The notes: a model not told the origin generated them from the sequence alone. Counted from the stretch's first letter, positions 8,772 to 18,891 are shown. The stretch is DNA of 64,000 nucleotides from a virus (IMGVR_UViG_3300028887_000090:1-64000), one strand, 5' to 3'. Made by a program: numbers and translations.

Positions 8772-10439
8772 ATGACACAGCAAGATTATCTTTGGAAGGT
8801 TGACAGAGCAAAGAGACTGAGCTTTGAGTATTACGTGTTGAATCGCCCATCAGTGAGCGACGAAGTGTTTGACGGCCTGGTGGCCCAGATTGAGCAGGCA
8901 GAGCAGGAACATCCGGAATGGACTGTTGCCGACTCTCCGACGCAGCAGGTGGGCTCAGATCTGAATGGCAATGGCCGTCGTACCATTCGCCATCGTACAC
9001 CGATGCTTTCCTGTCAGAAGGCCCAGACGGACAATAAGAGCACCAACCGCGAGAAGTTGGAGAAATGGCTGAAGGCTACCGAGAAGGCTATTGGCCATAA
9101 GGATTTTAACTACTGCCTGGAATGGAAGTTTGACGGGATCTCGTGCTCCCTGGTGTACCTGAATGGCGACCTGATCTCAGCAGCTACTCGTGGCGACCAT
9201 TTCAAAGGTCAGGATATTACGGAGCATGTGATGCAGATGATATCGGTACCTCATGTGCTGAAGCGTGGTACCACCTATCACGACCGCGTGGAGGTTCGTG
9301 GCGAGGTGGTGTGTTTCAAATCGACGTTGCCGGTACTGAGCGACCAGGACGGTAAGATGTATAAGGATTGCCGCTCGGCTGCCGCTGGACTGACTAACCA
9401 GGCTATCGTTGACCCTCAGTGTGCATGCCTGAAGTTCATACCTTGGGAACTGGATGCGCCTTTGTTCTCGTGCAATAACAGTCACAGCGAGTCGCTGAAG
9501 TTGGCCGACTTCCATAACTTCACCTATGGCATCAATGCTCAGGTGGTGCCTGCCGCTGACCATTCGCAGCTGTTTGACATGATTGAGAAGATGGAGGCAT
9601 GCCGCGACAACCAGCCATTCCCCGTTGATGGTATCGTGATTAAGGTGGATGATAAGCAGCTCTCTGCATCGCTCGGAGCCACTGAGCACCATCCGAAGGG
9701 TTCTATCGCGTATAAGTTTGCAGCAGCTAAGACGGTGAGCCGCGTGACCAGAATTGAGGTGACTGTTGGTAAGACCGGACGCAGAACACCAGTGGTACAC
9801 TTTGAGCCGGTGATGATTCTGGGCCGTGAGGTGAAGAAGGCCAGCCTGGGTAGTGAGCGTATGTTGCAGGAAATGGGTGTGAAGCGTGGTGACATGGTGG
9901 AGGTAGGACTGGCGAACGATGTGCGCCCGACGATCTACCGCGTTATAGAGTCGAACACGGATTGCACGGATATGGCCGACCCATTGGAGGGTATCGACTT
10001 CGAGGGTGAGGAGAGCGAGACAAAGGATTGGTTTACGTCTGAGGAAGAAGCGAACACAGATTGCACGGATGAAACGGATGACGTAGAAGAAGAAACCACG
10101 AATTTCACGAATGACACGAATGTAGTGCCAGAAGTTACGGCAGCCGACTTAGAGGCCGCTGTGAAGGCTTGTGAGGATCGTCGTGGTGCGATGGAGCAGG
10201 AGGCCAGAGAAAAGACCGTCACGGGGCTGGAATTGAACCAAACGGGGAATAAAGTGACTACGGATAATGTTATTCCCGCAGAAAGCGCAGAAAAAGCAGA
10301 AAGTTCGAATAAGCAGAGTAAGGCCCTAAAGATTGGTGCCGCCATTGTGGGTGTGCTCGTTATAGCAGTGTGCGGAATCACAGCTTTGGCAGCCTCGGTG
10401 TTCCTGGCTCCGGTTTTAGTGGGTGCATTCAAAGGATAA
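8772..10439 (+). CDS. ligA: NAD-dependent DNA ligase-like protein (adenylation and OB domains only) with acidic linker and C-terminal hydrophobic helix
   Basis: YY..P.VSD..FD, SPTQQVG, EWKFDGIS (KxDG), TRGD, EVRGE, DGIVIK, AYKF, VGKTGR.TPV; no Zn finger, HhH or BRCT. Confidence 0.85.
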   Translation: MTQQDYLWKVDRAKRLSFEYYVLNRPSVSDEVFDGLVAQIEQAEQEHPEWTVADSPTQQVGSDLNGNGRRTIRHRTPMLSCQKAQTDNKSTNREKLEKWLKATEKAIGHKDFNYCLEWKFDGISCSLVYLNGDLISAATRGDHFKGQDITEHVMQMISVPHVLKRGTTYHDRVEVRGEVVCFKSTLPVLSDQDGKMYKDCRSAAAGLTNQAIVDPQCACLKFIPWELDAPLFSCNNSHSESLKLADFHNFTYGINAQVVPAADHSQLFDMIEKMEACRDNQPFPVDGIVIKVDDKQLSASLGATEHHPKGSIAYKFAAAKTVSRVTRIEVTVGKTGRRTPVVHFEPVMILGREVKKASLGSERMLQEMGVKRGDMVEVGLANDVRPTIYRVIESNTDCTDMADPLEGIDFEGEESETKDWFTSEEEANTDCTDETDDVEEETTNFTNDTNVVPEVTAADLEAAVKACEDRRGAMEQEAREKTVTGLELNQTGNKVTTDNVIPAESAEKAESSNKQSKALKIGAAIVGVLVIAVCGITALAASVFLAPVLVGAFKG

Positions 10440-10552
10440 TTCATTAAGTCATTAATTCATAAAATCATAAATTGACTAACGTCGATTTTTCTCACATTCG
10501 ACAATTAAAATAAATTTTATTGTACTCATTTAATCGAAAAATTCATAAATAT

Positions 10553-11383
10553 ATGGCAAAGGAAAGAAGAGAAAATCAGGTAGCACCGTTGGAGATTTGG
10601 GACGGTGGGCTATCGCAGTACTCGCAGCACTTTATGACGGGTATGCAGTTTCATGGGCCGTTTATCGTGACGAAGATTCAGGCACGCAACGACCTGGGCG
10701 ATTGTATCATCAGCACTCGTGCGCCCCATCTGGTATGTAAGGTGCATTCGTTTCGTACCAATTTGGGACGCGCCAAGGATAACGACCGTAATTGGGCCAT
10801 CGCCGAACGTGAAGAGACGGCTCGACTGGCATGGCTGGAGCAGCGCAACCAGGCATTCGAGAATGAGCGTGAGGCACAGCGTCAGGGCATTACTATCCAA
10901 GAGCTGATAGAAGGGCAGGGTAGGGTATATGACGAAGAGTTTGACCAGCCGCGAGTGATTGTGAAGGTGCCAGGACTGAATGCCTATCTGGAACTCTTGG
11001 GCTGTCTCGACGCGCTGGGACAGAACGAATGGGATGATATTGAGTGGACGGGTGAGCATGGTGTGTTGGAAACCCTCGACTCGATGGCTGAGTGGGCGCA
11101 GAACATCTGGAACTCGAAGGAGCGCCGCGAGCGTGCCACTCGTATGATCAATATGCAGCCGGTGGAAGAGTGGCAGGAGGAATACGACCCCGAACTGCGT
11201 CCCTGGATGCCGAAGAAGCGAGGATTGGGTCATACGACTATCGATCCGTCGCGCCGTCCGGAACTACTCTATTCGAAGGCCCCGCAGGGCTCTGCCGACT
11301 ATGGCATGATTAAGGAACTGAAACGCGCTCAGGCTGATAATGCCTCGCAGGGCATTGCGCCAGAGAACTATGGAAAGAAATAA
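10553..11383 (+). CDS. hypothetical protein
   Basis: ORF 10520..11383; ATG at 10553. Confidence 0.7.
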   Translation: MAKERRENQVAPLEIWDGGLSQYSQHFMTGMQFHGPFIVTKIQARNDLGDCIISTRAPHLVCKVHSFRTNLGRAKDNDRNWAIAEREETARLAWLEQRNQAFENEREAQRQGITIQELIEGQGRVYDEEFDQPRVIVKVPGLNAYLELLGCLDALGQNEWDDIEWTGEHGVLETLDSMAEWAQNIWNSKERRERATRMINMQPVEEWQEEYDPELRPWMPKKRGLGHTTIDPSRRPELLYSKAPQGSADYGMIKELKRAQADNASQGIAPENYGKK

Positions 11384-11410
11384 TTCATCAAATCATTAAA
11401 TCATAAGTTT

Positions 11411-12277
11411 ATGAAACTGAAAGAAATCATCGCTTTTGCGAATAACAAGGGTGGGGTGGCCAAGACCACTACCGTTCAGAACGTGGCAGCAGGATTGCTC
11501 CGTCGCGACCCGTCGCTACGCATCCTCTGCATCGACCTCGACCCGCAGGGTAATCTCTCATCGCTCTTAGGATGGCGTGATAAGATGAAGCAGTACCATG
11601 AGCAGAAGCATTCGACGCTGACCGTGGCCGACGCGCTACGTGATGGCGACAACAACCATCTGCCGGTGTACCGCAATCCGCAGGGACTCTTCTATGTGCC
11701 TGCATCGCCCCAACTGTCGGACATCGATCCCGACCTCCATCGTCAGATGCAGTCGAAGTTGGTGCTGGCATCGCTCTTTGGTAACGACATTCTGGATATG
11801 GATAACCTGTATATGGGTGCCGACGCTATTAGTCGTGAGGCAGAGGACTACGTGGAAGATCTGTTCGACTATGTGCTGATAGACTGTGCGCCCGCTCTGT
11901 CAGAACTCACGTTCAACGCTCTCGGAGCGGCTACGGGTGTCATTATTCCGGTGCAGTTGGGTTCGCTCAGTGTGGACGGTATAGGACGCATGATAGAGGC
12001 TTACCGAAATGTTAAGCGCAAACTAAACCACGACCTGACCATGCGTGGACTCCTGATAGTGATGGCTGATGAGCGCACGAAACTGGCCCGCGAGACCTCG
12101 GAGTTTTTGCGCGACACCTACGATGCCAACATGTTCCAGACGCGCATCCGTCAGTGTGTGAAGGTGGGTGAAAGCCAGTTCCAGCATCAGGACATCTTCG
12201 ACTATGCACCGGACTGCACAGCAGCTCAGGACTACGATGAATTTATCTCTGAACTTCTGACCACAGAAGAAAAGTAA
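11411..12277 (+). CDS. parA: ParA/Soj family partition ATPase
   Basis: NNKGGVAKTTT deviant Walker A, IDLDPQGNLS, DYVLIDCAP. Confidence 0.95.
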   Translation: MKLKEIIAFANNKGGVAKTTTVQNVAAGLLRRDPSLRILCIDLDPQGNLSSLLGWRDKMKQYHEQKHSTLTVADALRDGDNNHLPVYRNPQGLFYVPASPQLSDIDPDLHRQMQSKLVLASLFGNDILDMDNLYMGADAISREAEDYVEDLFDYVLIDCAPALSELTFNALGAATGVIIPVQLGSLSVDGIGRMIEAYRNVKRKLNHDLTMRGLLIVMADERTKLARETSEFLRDTYDANMFQTRIRQCVKVGESQFQHQDIFDYAPDCTAAQDYDEFISELLTTEEK

Positions 12278-12314
12278 CGACCACAGATTTTACGGATTTA
12301 ACGGATTATAGATT

Positions 12315-12653
12315 ATGCCAAACTCATTTAAGAAACCGAATAAGAAAAAGAGTATCGTGGCCGGTTCGCCTGCCATTCAGGAACACGAGGCCATGATGGA
12401 GAGTATGCAGAAGGAAACGGCTGAGTCTGTTGCTACCCAGCAGCCTGCCAACCTTCCAAAGGGCACCAAGCCTACGGGTGTTTTCAGTCAGTATTCACAG
12501 CAGGGCGTGAAGAATGTGCAGACGCGCATTCCCTTCACCATGTATGAGCAGCTGAACCGGATCAAGATGCAGAGTCAGCAGGAGGGCAACAGCCTCTCTA
12601 TTGGTGACATCGTGCTCCAGGCGATAGAAGAATACCTGAAGGTTCATAGTTAG
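12315..12653 (+). CDS. putative ParA partner with C-terminal ribbon-helix-helix-like region
   Basis: small gene after parA; low-complexity N-terminus then VQTRIPFTMYEQLNRIK...SIGDIVLQAIEEYL. Confidence 0.6.
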   Translation: MPNSFKKPNKKKSIVAGSPAIQEHEAMMESMQKETAESVATQQPANLPKGTKPTGVFSQYSQQGVKNVQTRIPFTMYEQLNRIKMQSQQEGNSLSIGDIVLQAIEEYLKVHS

Positions 12654-12662
12654 TAGTTCATG

Positions 12663-13058
12663 GTTACGGAGATTTACCCCTAAATATAAGGCTTGTGCGA
12701 AATCACAGAATTTTGGGAAATGGGCAATCCGTTACCAAGTTTTACCCCCTACGTTACGGAGTTTTACCCCTAAATGGTGCAAACCGTTACGGAGTTTTAC
12801 CCCCTAAACGGCTGAAATACTATAATTTTCTTATAATAAGATATATAGAAGTTCAATTATGACGTTTATAAAGTATATTTATATATTTATAGGGAACCTG
12901 AAACCACGATATACAAAGGGTTTCCAATAGGTTAAGGGGTCAAATTCGGTAACTTTCGGGGTAAAACTCCGTAACCGATTTGGCCCAAAGGGGATAAAAT
13001 AGGTAACTTTCGGGGTAAAATCCCGTAACGAAATGATTTAGGGGTAAAACTCCGTAAC
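12663..13058. repeat. iteron array and probable plasmid-type replication origin
   Basis: 18-bp GTTACGGAGTTTTACCCC-like units at 12663, 12731, 12753, 12786 and inverted at 12936, 12958, 12990, 13012, 13041, flanking an AT-rich core (about 12815-12890). Confidence 0.85.
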
Positions 13059-13071
13059 GAAAATAAATATT

Positions 13072-14556
13072 ATGGCTAAGAAACGAGTTAAAAAGACAAT
13101 GCCTCAGTTGATGAAGAGCGACAATGCTATCATCAAGGATCTGCGCGACCAACAGTGGTTGTATAACCCTCGTGTGTTTGCTCAGGTGTCGGGCGACTTC
13201 TCGACGATGCACCAAAGGGTATTGCTGGGTGTGCTCGACCACTTGCAGGATCGTATCATCAAGAGTGCCGACGCGCACAAACCTGGTGAGCAGCTTTGGC
13301 TCCCCTTGTTTGCCGAGGAGGAAATGAATACCAATCTGGAGTTTGAAATAGATGCCAAAGACTTGGGTGTAACGCCTGGCCACTATCCGGAATTGGTGAA
13401 CGCGCTGGAAGATTTGCTGACGTTACGCATGGGTTATCTCCGGAAGATTGAAACGAAGTCTGGTACCAAGACTGAGTACACCTTTGCCAACCTGTTCTCG
13501 CGTATCACCATGGTAACGAACGAGAGCACAGGACTGCGTACCGGCAAAATCCGTATCAAGATGGATAAGGAGAATGTGAATGATTTCCTGTCGATGGATA
13601 AGGGCTATACCGACCACGTAGCAAAGATTGGTCAGATGGCTAAGAAGCAGCGCACACCGCGTATCTATATCTACCTCTCTACCTTCCGTGAAAGTGGACG
13701 TAAGGAGGTGGACTATCCGCAGTTCTGCGAGTTTTTGGGTATTGATGACCAGTCGTATTTGCTGACGCATGACGGTGCCAAACCGCAGGATAACCCCTTC
13801 CATAAATATAGTAAGGTGAAGTCGTTGATACTGGAGCCCTCGCGATTGGAAATGGATCAACTATCGAAGGATAGTAAGATAGATTTTTCATTCACCTACG
13901 AGCCATTGCGTAAGGATGGCCGTCTGAAGGGTAATCCGTCGCACATTGAGTTTACCTTGGTGCCTGGGCCATTGGGCATCGAACGGGCATGGCGCAAGCA
14001 ACGGCACAACCAGGAGCAGAGTCTTATCATGTCGCTCACCACGAAGTACACCGACCTGAAGCCCTACGAAATGGTTGAGCTGCTGAAGGAGGTACAGGAC
14101 GAATGGTTTGAGGACTTCAAGGATTATGCCTACGATGGGGTGGAGCGTGCCGTAGAGAAGAAGCAGCCCGACCATGTGGCTGAATACATCGTAACGTTGC
14201 TATCGACGTGGATCAAGGATAAGCAGCTGGAAGATGAGCGCAAACGGATAGAGCAGGAGAAACAATACAACCTGTTTACCGAGCAGGAACTCCAGCCGGA
14301 GCCAGAGCCATTAGAGCCTGGTGTGAAGGCAGAGTTATGGCAACAGTTGGTAAATGAGCATCAGGGAGCCATAAAACCCGTCTTAGAGCGCACGGAATAC
14401 CTTGGGCTGTATAATGGAGCCTTTTACATTTTTCCGACGGTTGACGACCTTAAAACGCTCGATACGTCGCCCGACTATGAGGTGTTCAGTGAGAAATGTC
14501 GCGTGGCGCTTGGTCTGTCGAAGATACGACCGGCCATCATCCGTAAGCTGAAATAA
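13072..14556 (+). CDS. plasmid-type replication initiator (Rep_3-like)
   Basis: adjacent to iterons; RIYIYLSTFR, FCEFLGI, KYSKVKSLILEPSRLEM pattern typical of winged-helix initiators. Confidence 0.7.
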   Translation: MAKKRVKKTMPQLMKSDNAIIKDLRDQQWLYNPRVFAQVSGDFSTMHQRVLLGVLDHLQDRIIKSADAHKPGEQLWLPLFAEEEMNTNLEFEIDAKDLGVTPGHYPELVNALEDLLTLRMGYLRKIETKSGTKTEYTFANLFSRITMVTNESTGLRTGKIRIKMDKENVNDFLSMDKGYTDHVAKIGQMAKKQRTPRIYIYLSTFRESGRKEVDYPQFCEFLGIDDQSYLLTHDGAKPQDNPFHKYSKVKSLILEPSRLEMDQLSKDSKIDFSFTYEPLRKDGRLKGNPSHIEFTLVPGPLGIERAWRKQRHNQEQSLIMSLTTKYTDLKPYEMVELLKEVQDEWFEDFKDYAYDGVERAVEKKQPDHVAEYIVTLLSTWIKDKQLEDERKRIEQEKQYNLFTEQELQPEPEPLEPGVKAELWQQLVNEHQGAIKPVLERTEYLGLYNGAFYIFPTVDDLKTLDTSPDYEVFSEKCRVALGLSKIRPAIIRKLK

Positions 14557-14560
14557 AGGA

Positions 14561-14596
14561 TTTAGGGGTAAACCGTTACGGAGTTTTACCCCTAAA
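14561..14596. repeat. extra iteron copy within an inverted repeat after rep
   Basis: TTTAGGGGTAAA...TTTACCCCTAAA; exact iteron at 14575-14592. Confidence 0.75.
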
Positions 14597-14640
14597 TTTT
14601 TATCTATCCGTGTCATCCGTGCAATCCGTGTTCGTAAAAA

Positions 14641-14674
14641 GTCACGACCATCTGTGTTTCTTTCCGTAATTTTG
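14641..14674 (+). promoter_or_regulatory. putative late promoter
   Basis: GTCAC-N21-TAATTTTG. Confidence 0.55.
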
Positions 14675-14699
14675 TGCTGTAATCAAACATATTATAGCT

Positions 14700-15404
14700 A
14701 TGCAGAAAGAATCACCGATTTTAGAACAGCAGCGTCCTGACCGTCAGTATTACTCCCGTCAGAACCGTATTAAGCGCGAACTCGACCATGCCGTAACCTT
14801 GCTGAAGGCCGCGTTTGCCTCGTGGGTCATCCTTACCATCGTCTGTGCCTTCATCGGCTGTGCCGGTAAACAGGTGGTCGTCGATCAGACCGAGAGCCAC
14901 CATAGCAAGGCTGACTCTCTATCCGCGTCGTTACAGGTTGCCGTCAGTCAGCAGCAGACCCGTATCGACTCCCTTTTCCATCTGGTACTCCAACAGGAAC
15001 TAAGCCATCAGACGGCTAACGAACAGCAGACCGAGCAGATTCAGGAAACCGTCACGTCGTGGATCGACTCGCTGGGTCGTAAGGTGACGCAGGAGGCCCG
15101 TACCATCAACCGTAAGACCGACCGCCAGGAGGAACTTCGTCAGCAGCGTATCATTCAGGAACAGGAGCAGCGCATTCTGACATGCCAGGAGCGTATCGAT
15201 TCGCTCTATGCACTGTTGCTGGAAAAGACCGCCAAAGAGGAAAGCGACACCACCTCGTACCACAAAGAGGTAATCCGTCCGGCTCATACGCCATCGCTCT
15301 ACCAGAGCTTCCATGACTGGCTCACATCGCTCATCAATGTGGTAGTCCTCGCCGTCATCGTCGGCTTCGTTGTGCGCTGGAAGAAAAAGAAGTGGAACTT
15401 ATAG
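14700..15404 (+). CDS. putative lipoprotein with C-terminal TM helix (unimolecular spanin-like)
   Basis: hydrophobic stretch ending FIGC, coiled-coil middle, C-terminal TM followed by KKKK. Confidence 0.55.
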   Translation: MQKESPILEQQRPDRQYYSRQNRIKRELDHAVTLLKAAFASWVILTIVCAFIGCAGKQVVVDQTESHHSKADSLSASLQVAVSQQQTRIDSLFHLVLQQELSHQTANEQQTEQIQETVTSWIDSLGRKVTQEARTINRKTDRQEELRQQRIIQEQEQRILTCQERIDSLYALLLEKTAKEESDTTSYHKEVIRPAHTPSLYQSFHDWLTSLINVVVLAVIVGFVVRWKKKKWNL

Positions 15405-16397
15405 GCCGAAGTCCTGAAGGTACTGTCGGCATCTGAATCCCTTTCGTGGTTCAAACTCCTCAAACGAATGGGCGACGAAGTGCGCCTTTTTGTTCACCCA
15501 TCCCGCCAGATCTTTCTGCCATTGCGGAATGATGTGGCGGGGATTGTTTGGGTCACGGTAGGGCTGGGCATGTGGATAGACGTAACGGCCTTCGTGTGCA
15601 GCCCGTGTCTCTTGTGTACGGTGCCACCAGTGTACGATGCGCTCGTAGCATTCCCTGAAGTCTGAGGTGAGCATAGTATAAAGGAAATACTGACCCGTGA
15701 AACCGTATTTGTTTATCATTTCCATCGCCCGCTCACATTCTTCTATCTGGGCGTGGGTGTCACAACCGAAACGGATGCGGTTGTTATCGAGCCACTTCAC
15801 CTTGGCCAGCAGCTGTGCTATCTCATCCGTTACCAGTCGTGCATCGAGTGCCTGATTGAAGTCCACACGGTAGCCTCGTTCGATGATCTTGCGTAGCTGC
15901 TGCAAGCAGTAGTCGCCAGCAGCCAGGATATTGTTATCCATCAGCACCAGTTTACGACGGCCTTCAATGGCTATTTCGTCCACATCCATGTATGGGCGTA
16001 TCAGTCCCTCTTTCTTTGGTACCACACACCAACGGCATTTGTTGGGACAGCCGCGAGTCAGAAAACCGTAGGCCGTATCTTTCGGTACGTTTGGATAGAT
16101 GTCGTAGAGTGGTTGCAGCCGGTCTATCTCATCGGGTAGGGTAGAGTGTATGTCGTAGCCGGTGCCTCCCTTGATGATTTTGTCGGCCTGATAGATAAAG
16201 GTATCGTCGGGTGTAAAGTTGAACACCTTCGACATGTAGATAATATCATAGTGTTTCATGGGTGTGGCCCACTCGATTTGCCCCCCCCTATTATGCCAGT
16301 ATCTCGCAATCTTTCCGAGTGCGAGGTTAGGGTAAATCGTGGCTCCCCATTTCTTCTTTTTGGCGTGTCCGTCCACGTCCACAAGTCCTATTTGCAT
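15399..16397 (-). CDS. radical SAM protein with in-frame G8 tract
   Basis: TRGCPNKCRWC; C8 on + strand at 16281-16288. Confidence 0.9.
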   Translation of the reverse strand: MQIGLVDVDGHAKKKKWGATIYPNLALGKIARYWHNRGGQIEWATPMKHYDIIYMSKVFNFTPDDTFIYQADKIIKGGTGYDIHSTLPDEIDRLQPLYDIYPNVPKDTAYGFLTRGCPNKCRWCVVPKKEGLIRPYMDVDEIAIEGRRKLVLMDNNILAAGDYCLQQLRKIIERGYRVDFNQALDARLVTDEIAQLLAKVKWLDNNRIRFGCDTHAQIEECERAMEMINKYGFTGQYFLYTMLTSDFRECYERIVHWWHRTQETRAAHEGRYVYPHAQPYRDPNNPRHIIPQWQKDLAGWVNKKAHFVAHSFEEFEPRKGFRCRQYLQDFGL

Positions 16398-16433
16398 ATT
16401 AAGCAGTTTTGAATCGTCTTAATCTGTAAGTGG

Positions 16434-16676
16434 TTAGTTTCCACCTTTGGCTCTTGATGCCATGGCCATGAGTTTGCGCTCTTCATCGGTGGTGGTATCG
16501 AGGGTGATCTGTTTGAAGTCTGGGAATTGTTTCCAAATCATATCGGCTGCATCCAGTGCCTTCGATACTGTGTCCTTTATCAAGTCCTGAAGTCCGTCCA
16601 GATTTTTAATCTCGCTGGCTTCCGGCTCTATGCGGAATTTTCTATCGTCTATTCCTTGAATCAATACTACTTTCAT
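16434..16676 (-). CDS. hypothetical protein
   Basis: 80-aa ORF in leftward operon. Confidence 0.65.
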   Translation of the reverse strand: MKVVLIQGIDDRKFRIEPEASEIKNLDGLQDLIKDTVSKALDAADMIWKQFPDFKQITLDTTTDEERKLMAMASRAKGGN

Positions 16677-16704
16677 CGTTTTATGAATTTATGAATTAAT
16701 GAAT

Positions 16705-17424
16705 TTAAATTCTGTTGTCTCGCGTCAGTTGGTAAATTTCGGCGAGGGGTTTGTAGTCAATGCCATCGACAATGAGTTTTACATCGCGTGGTGCCTTCTC
16801 GTAGTACCAGAAGCTACCATGAGACTTACGGACGCGCATCATGCGTTTGGCAGCCTTAGTGAAATTGGTGACGGGCTTTCCCGCTGTGATTTCAGTCAGC
16901 AACAGAGCGATGCAGTGTTTGACGCTGGCAAGGGCGCTATCCTGTCCCATGTGCAGGGTGTGGCATGAATAATAAGTAAGGTGTGGCATCAGTCTGTGCG
17001 TCATGTACTGTTTGATAGGCCCTAAGTCGTGATCGTTATGGTACATAAACATGAGATATGACTCTTCAGCAGCGCAGCATATCTTCTCGCCATATTGTGC
17101 CTCCAAATCTTTCTTCTGTTCCATCAGCAACCAATCAGCCTTATTGTCCCAAGGGCGAATGCGTCCGGAGCGCACAGCCTTCACCCATTCCTCTACGGCC
17201 ATGCGGTCGCGGTTCTTATAGCGAAACTTCACGTCGCCCACCTGGAACTCACCTACCCAGCGGTCGTGGAAGTATTTCTGTCCGTTCTTTCTGGTTCCAG
17301 TCGATGAACGGTCATGGCAGATGCTACCGGCATTGGCAAAGCGGGTGTCAACATATCCCCGCTCTTGCAAATCCCTTGCATGTTGCTCTATTTCGTTGAT
17401 GGTCTCTCGTTTCTTGCGCTCCAT
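16705..17424 (-). CDS. hypothetical protein
   Basis: 239-aa ORF. Confidence 0.7.
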   Translation of the reverse strand: MERKKRETINEIEQHARDLQERGYVDTRFANAGSICHDRSSTGTRKNGQKYFHDRWVGEFQVGDVKFRYKNRDRMAVEEWVKAVRSGRIRPWDNKADWLLMEQKKDLEAQYGEKICCAAEESYLMFMYHNDHDLGPIKQYMTHRLMPHLTYYSCHTLHMGQDSALASVKHCIALLLTEITAGKPVTNFTKAAKRMMRVRKSHGSFWYYEKAPRDVKLIVDGIDYKPLAEIYQLTRDNRI

Positions 17425-17433
17425 AATTCGTAA

Positions 17434-18031
17434 TCAGTTAAACCATTTAATAACTGTGTCCCCTTTGTAACCTTTTTCCCAGACAAACCAGGCGTAGGCG
17501 ACAGCGGAGCCTTTAACGTTGGCGAAGTCACCATTGGGAGCACAGAGCAGACGTGAGCTGCTGACCCATACTCGTGCCGGTGGCTGTGTCTGGAAGAGGT
17601 GTTTGCGGGCCTTACCTTCGAGGAAGGTGAGTTTGAGGAACATCGCCACCTTGTGACCAGTGGGGATAATGGCCAAGGCTTTCTCCACAAACGCCTGAGC
17701 AAAGGCGTAGGGTGGGTTTGTGATGATATCGCCCGACCATTCCACGTTGTCGATAGCCAGAAAGTCTGCCACTTCGCCATAGCCGCGATCGATGATATCC
17801 CTGGAAATGACGGAATACCCCCCCCCTCGTAAGTACTTCGGCAATATGCCCTTCACCACATGCCGGTTCGAGTATCGGCCCATCGAAGTGCTCCAGCTTC
17901 AGTAGCCACTCCGTAGCCTTCGGCTCTGTGGCATAGTAATCCTGTGCCACTCGATCACCATCGGCATGGTTGCTGGCACTGATGCCTTTGAATACGGAGG
18001 CGCTGCCTCCAGTCCAATCTTTATTCTTCAT
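17434..18031 (-). pseudogene. NPPY-type DNA amino-methyltransferase frameshifted at a G9 tract (intact with G8)
   Basis: DYYAT, ILEPACGEGH in one frame and DIITNPPY in another; junction is C9 at 17818-17826. Confidence 0.85.
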
Positions 18032-18286
18032 TTCTTCTACGTTTTTCCATTTGTTCGCCTAAGCGTCGTTGCATATCTCGCATGGCTATGAGGGCCTGAG
18101 CATGCTTTTCCGGATCGTGCAGCATGCGATTGATAGCCCTAACCTGTTGTGGGGTTACTTTATCTGTCATTTCTTCTTTCTTTTTTTACGGTCTTGATCC
18201 TGGTAGTAGGCATAGAGATACATCATCACCAGCCCGAAGATGGAAACACCCAGGAGTATGACCTGAATAATGAGTTGTTTCATACG

Positions 18287-18646
18287 CTATGCTTCTTTTA
18301 ACCATTTACACATGGCTACACAGTTGCCTTTGGTGTGTTCGCAGTTGTCGTTGTAGATGCTGAAACCGAGTCTGCGATACCAGTCAATGAGGAATGTCCC
18401 TTTGCGGGCATCGAGATAGATGCTACCCAAGTCCAACTTGCGGGCAAAGGCTTCCACCTCTTTCATCAGAGCGGTACCAATGCCCTGTTGTCTGTCGGTC
18501 TCGAACACCATGAGCGAATTGATATATCCGGCGCGAGGGTTTTCGTCATCGAGTGACAGTGTGACCATCGCCCTGCCGTCCGATGCGATGAAGGTATAGC
18601 TCTTTCCCCACCACCAAAGATTTTCGTGTAGTACTATTGCTTTCAT
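18287..18646 (-). CDS. GNAT family acetyltransferase
   Basis: LMV...RQQGIGTALM, WYRRLGF. Confidence 0.9.
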   Translation of the reverse strand: MKAIVLHENLWWWGKSYTFIASDGRAMVTLSLDDENPRAGYINSLMVFETDRQQGIGTALMKEVEAFARKLDLGSIYLDARKGTFLIDWYRRLGFSIYNDNCEHTKGNCVAMCKWLKEA

Positions 18647-18891
18647 TCGTCCGATTTGTGAGATTCGTGTTCAAGTTCTTTCTTGTGCCTGGCTTTAATT
18701 TCCTCGCGGGCTTCAAATTCGATGTCGGTGGTGTCATCGAGTTTGATGTTACCCAGTCCCTTTTGGCTGGCGAGGTTCATCAGTTTTGTAAAGCGTAGTA
18801 CATATTCGTCGGATAGAAATATTCCGATGCTTCTCAGGGCCACATCCCACAGGACTTCTTTGCCCTCCAAACTTCCTTTTGTATATTCCAT
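18643..18891 (-). CDS. hypothetical protein
   Basis: 82-aa ORF with 4-bp overlap to GNAT gene. Confidence 0.65.
   Translation of the reverse strand: MEYTKGSLEGKEVLWDVALRSIGIFLSDEYVLRFTKLMNLASQKGLGNIKLDDTTDIEFEAREEIKARHKKELEHESHKSDE

Noticed and set aside
17434-17883. Two separate genes (17434..17883 and 17612..18031)
   Set aside because: They are halves of one methyltransferase joined at the homopolymer.
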